DNA of 64,000 nucleotides from IMG/VR virus record IMGVR_UViG_3300003177_000005, positions 32,001 through 96,000 of that record; one strand, written 5' to 3'. The stretch is from a virus. Below the pieces are notes generated by a model. The model worked only from the letters and a program-made list of their open reading frames with translations. It was not told the DNA's origin and did no database searches. Each line of letters starts with the position of its first letter. The first letter of the stretch is position 1. Made by a program: the position numbers and the translations under genes. Positions 61,275-64,000 of the stretch are shown here, one piece after another.

Positions 61275-61871
61275 ATGGCTGTAATAACAACAGGAAATAA
61301 TATAGACCCTTTTTCAACTATCTTGGCATCAGCTGATCAACATCAAGCATATGCTAATGTTATTGCTGAACGATATAAAGGGTTACAAAATAGTATTGGT
61401 ACAATTAGTACAAGTGTTATGAATACTATTAGAGATAGTTTAGAATATGTTAATAGTTCAGAATTTATAAATACTGTTAAACGAGTAACTAGACTAGTAG
61501 GTACTCAAGTTGATGATAATATTATACATGTTGTTAATAATGTTAACTTGAACAATTTAACAACTAGAACTAGAAATACTATGATGGAAGAACCAACATT
61601 AATGAGATTATATCAAAATGGTATTTATGATGAAGAGTTAATGAAAGGATATGTTGATCCATGCCCAAGTATTAATAAACTCGAGGATAGACCAAGCTAT
61701 CAAGCTATAGTTAATGGTTTTAGTTATAGTACAGGTGAAGAAACAACACCAAGAACTATATATAATTCTACAGAAGAATTTGAAGAGTATGGAATAATTG
61801 ATAAGTTAACAATAAGTTTAAATTGGGACAATGTCTCCAAACTTATCTCTGATGGTGTAGATGTTATTTAA
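61275..61871 (+). CDS. Conserved phiKZ-like core protein downstream of RNAP beta'
   Basis: 198 aa; MMEEPTL.RLY..G, GYVDP, YQAIVNG, W near C-terminus; synteny. Confidence 0.55.
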   Translation: MAVITTGNNIDPFSTILASADQHQAYANVIAERYKGLQNSIGTISTSVMNTIRDSLEYVNSSEFINTVKRVTRLVGTQVDDNIIHVVNNVNLNNLTTRTRNTMMEEPTLMRLYQNGIYDEELMKGYVDPCPSINKLEDRPSYQAIVNGFSYSTGEETTPRTIYNSTEEFEEYGIIDKLTISLNWDNVSKLISDGVDVI

Positions 61872-61940
61872 CATCTCACTATCTTTTTATTTTTTATTTT
61901 TAACAAGTTATAATGAAGAAACATATAAAAGGATTATAGA

Positions 61941-62439
61941 ATGAGTATTAACAGGAAGATTAAACGAAACCAAGAGAATAATAAAAAGCAAGATGAATTT
62001 GCTAAGTCTCTAGAGGCTAGTACAATAATTGGTAGACTAAAAGGTTTATTAGGTGTAATTAAAGATGTATCAGATACAATTAAAAAATTAACTTCTTTAA
62101 CTAAAGTTGATGCTGATATTGAATTATTAGAAGGTTATACTGAGTCTTTAACTTGAGTCTTTAACTTCATTAATTAAAGATGTTGAAACCGTTTTAGAGA
62201 GATTTAAAACAGTAGGTATTTATGAAGTAGCAAAGATTTTGAAAGATGATATTGAAAAAACACAAGAGTTGGTGCAGATTAGTCTAGAAGTTGATTGTAT
62301 TGAAATTATAGTTAAAAGAATTCAAATGAACATTTTTGAAAAATTTGCTCCTAATATAACTGTTAAAGAGAAAGAAACACTTCAAATGTTAGATACAGTA
62401 ATGGATACTGCTGAAACTTTATTAGAACAAGGAGTTTAA
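61941..62439 (+). pseudogene. Coiled-coil protein gene interrupted by a 13-bp tandem duplication
   Basis: gagtctttaactt at 62142-62154 and 62155-62167; removing one copy joins both ORFs. Confidence 0.75.
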
Positions 62440-62442
62440 ATT

Positions 62443-63927
62443 ATGACCGAAGAACAAACTAATGATACCCAAGAGGTTAAGGAAGAACAAGAAGAAAAAG
62501 TAATATCTGTTAAAAATGGTTCAGTAGATGCTTTTTTGAAATTTAAAGAATTGAAAGAAATAGATCCTGTTTTGTTTGAAACTTTAATACCAAACTTAGA
62601 AGAAGAGAGAGCCAATCAAATAGTTGAAGACCTTTATAATAAAGGTCTTATAGACGAAGATTTAAAAAATCTAGATAAATTATCTGAAAAAGAAAAAGTG
62701 GCGTTTACAACATTGTTCTATTTAGATAATGTTGGTTATGATTTAAAAGGTAAATTAAAATTATTTAATCAACTATCGTTTAATGGTGAAAATGTCGGTT
62801 TACAATATGAATCAGTGAAAGGTAAAGGTGTTGTAAGTGGAGAAAAGGCTTTATTGCTTCTACAAAGTGAAACGGGTAATGGTAAACCTATAAGTAACTT
62901 TTTACCGACATCAGGATTAAAATTAAAATTAAAACCTTTATCTAGTAACGATGCATTAACATTTGAACAAATAGTAGCTGATGCAGAAGTAGAGAAATTA
63001 GCCGATTATACATCCGCTCTTTTATCATCAACTTCATTTTATATCGTAAAAGCATTGGATGTTTTATTAAAACGTCTCAAAATAGATACTAACTTGAAAC
63101 AGGGTAAAGTTAATCTATCAGAGCTCATTTATGTAGATGATATCGGTTTTGTTTTTGCTGCTCTATTTGCTGGTAAATATCCTAATGGATATGAAGGGCC
63201 AGTTTATTGTAAGAATGCCTTTGAACAAGAAGAGATAGTAAATGAAGATGGTTCTAAAACTAAAAAAGATAAATGTGATGTTAAAGGTCTATTGACAGTT
63301 AATCCATTATCAATGTGTTATACAGATTATGAAAGATTTAATGCTTCTAATATTGAACATATGGCTCTAAATAAAGTTGATGTAGCTGATTTAACAAAGT
63401 ATCAATTAAACCTTGATATTGAGTTTGAACGAGAAGTGAATATCCCTGTTGAAAATGGTAATGATTTAACTATCGTACTTTATAAACCGACTATTAAAGA
63501 ATATTTGAAATTTACAACATTCTTTAAAGAGTTCTTTATAAACCGACTAGAAAAAATTTATGAAATTTATGATGCGGAATATGATAAAGTTGCATTAAAA
63601 GAAAAAGTGATGGAAACTAATGTTTTATTTTCTATGTTAGGTTATATTTATTATGTTAAAAGTATAAGTATAAAAACAGATGAGGGAAAAGCCATAGTTG
63701 AAGATCCTAAAACAATTTGTACATTTATAATTAATAGTGTGCAGACAGAAGATATTCTATCTAAGATTAAGAACTCTATAGATGATTTTAAAAGAGAAAA
63801 CACTATAGCATTCTTTGGTACACCTTCTTTTGTTTGTCCTAAATGTAAAGAGTTAAATCAGGGTGGTTTAGAAAATATAAACCCACTTAACCCAATGGGT
63901 TTTTTCGTGAAAGCCCTCACTATGTAA
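62443..63927 (+). CDS. Conserved phiKZ-like protein, baseplate-hub/tail chaperone-like with Cys ligands
   Basis: YPNGY..C..C, FVCPKC, ends PLNPMGFF followed by short tail. Confidence 0.55.
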   Translation: MTEEQTNDTQEVKEEQEEKVISVKNGSVDAFLKFKELKEIDPVLFETLIPNLEEERANQIVEDLYNKGLIDEDLKNLDKLSEKEKVAFTTLFYLDNVGYDLKGKLKLFNQLSFNGENVGLQYESVKGKGVVSGEKALLLLQSETGNGKPISNFLPTSGLKLKLKPLSSNDALTFEQIVADAEVEKLADYTSALLSSTSFYIVKALDVLLKRLKIDTNLKQGKVNLSELIYVDDIGFVFAALFAGKYPNGYEGPVYCKNAFEQEEIVNEDGSKTKKDKCDVKGLLTVNPLSMCYTDYERFNASNIEHMALNKVDVADLTKYQLNLDIEFEREVNIPVENGNDLTIVLYKPTIKEYLKFTTFFKEFFINRLEKIYEIYDAEYDKVALKEKVMETNVLFSMLGYIYYVKSISIKTDEGKAIVEDPKTICTFIINSVQTEDILSKIKNSIDDFKRENTIAFFGTPSFVCPKCKELNQGGLENINPLNPMGFFVKALTM

Positions 63928-64000
63928 CACCAAAAGAAGGTGACCATATTTTAACATTACAAACCAAACATTCAGAAGCGTTTGATAAATTAGTGAATGA

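Noticed and set aside
1-64000. tRNA, tmRNA or rRNA genes
   Set aside because: No cloverleaf with a T-loop GTTCRA in proper context, and no rRNA-like tract found by eye.

Overview
AT-rich segment of a phiKZ-like, nucleus-forming jumbo phage (Chimalliviridae-like). Hallmarks recognisable from sequence: terminase large subunit (partial, left edge), PhuZ tubulin, phiKZ-type family B DNA polymerase, a chimallin candidate immediately upstream of a non-virion RNA polymerase beta' subunit, and conserved core genes at the right end. The NrdA, NrdB and dimeric dUTPase look Campylobacterota-like, suggesting such a host (inference). Mobile elements: a group I intron with a truncated HNH in nrdB, a mini-intein in nrdA and a free-standing HNH fusion. 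The centre (about 23-52 kb) is a long run of mostly unknown genes, many broken at homopolymer runs. The most striking unexplained features are non-coding: a three-copy, covarying four-hairpin 5' leader heading stand-alone gene cassettes, a recurrent promoter plus TAGTGA..TCACTA hairpin motif, and a ~400-nt GC-rich structured RNA candidate next to an AT-only AGATCT-repeat tract. Also noted: a candidate -1 frameshift, an ArfA-like microprotein and several degenerate enzyme homologues. All family assignments come from motif recognition by eye; no searches were run.
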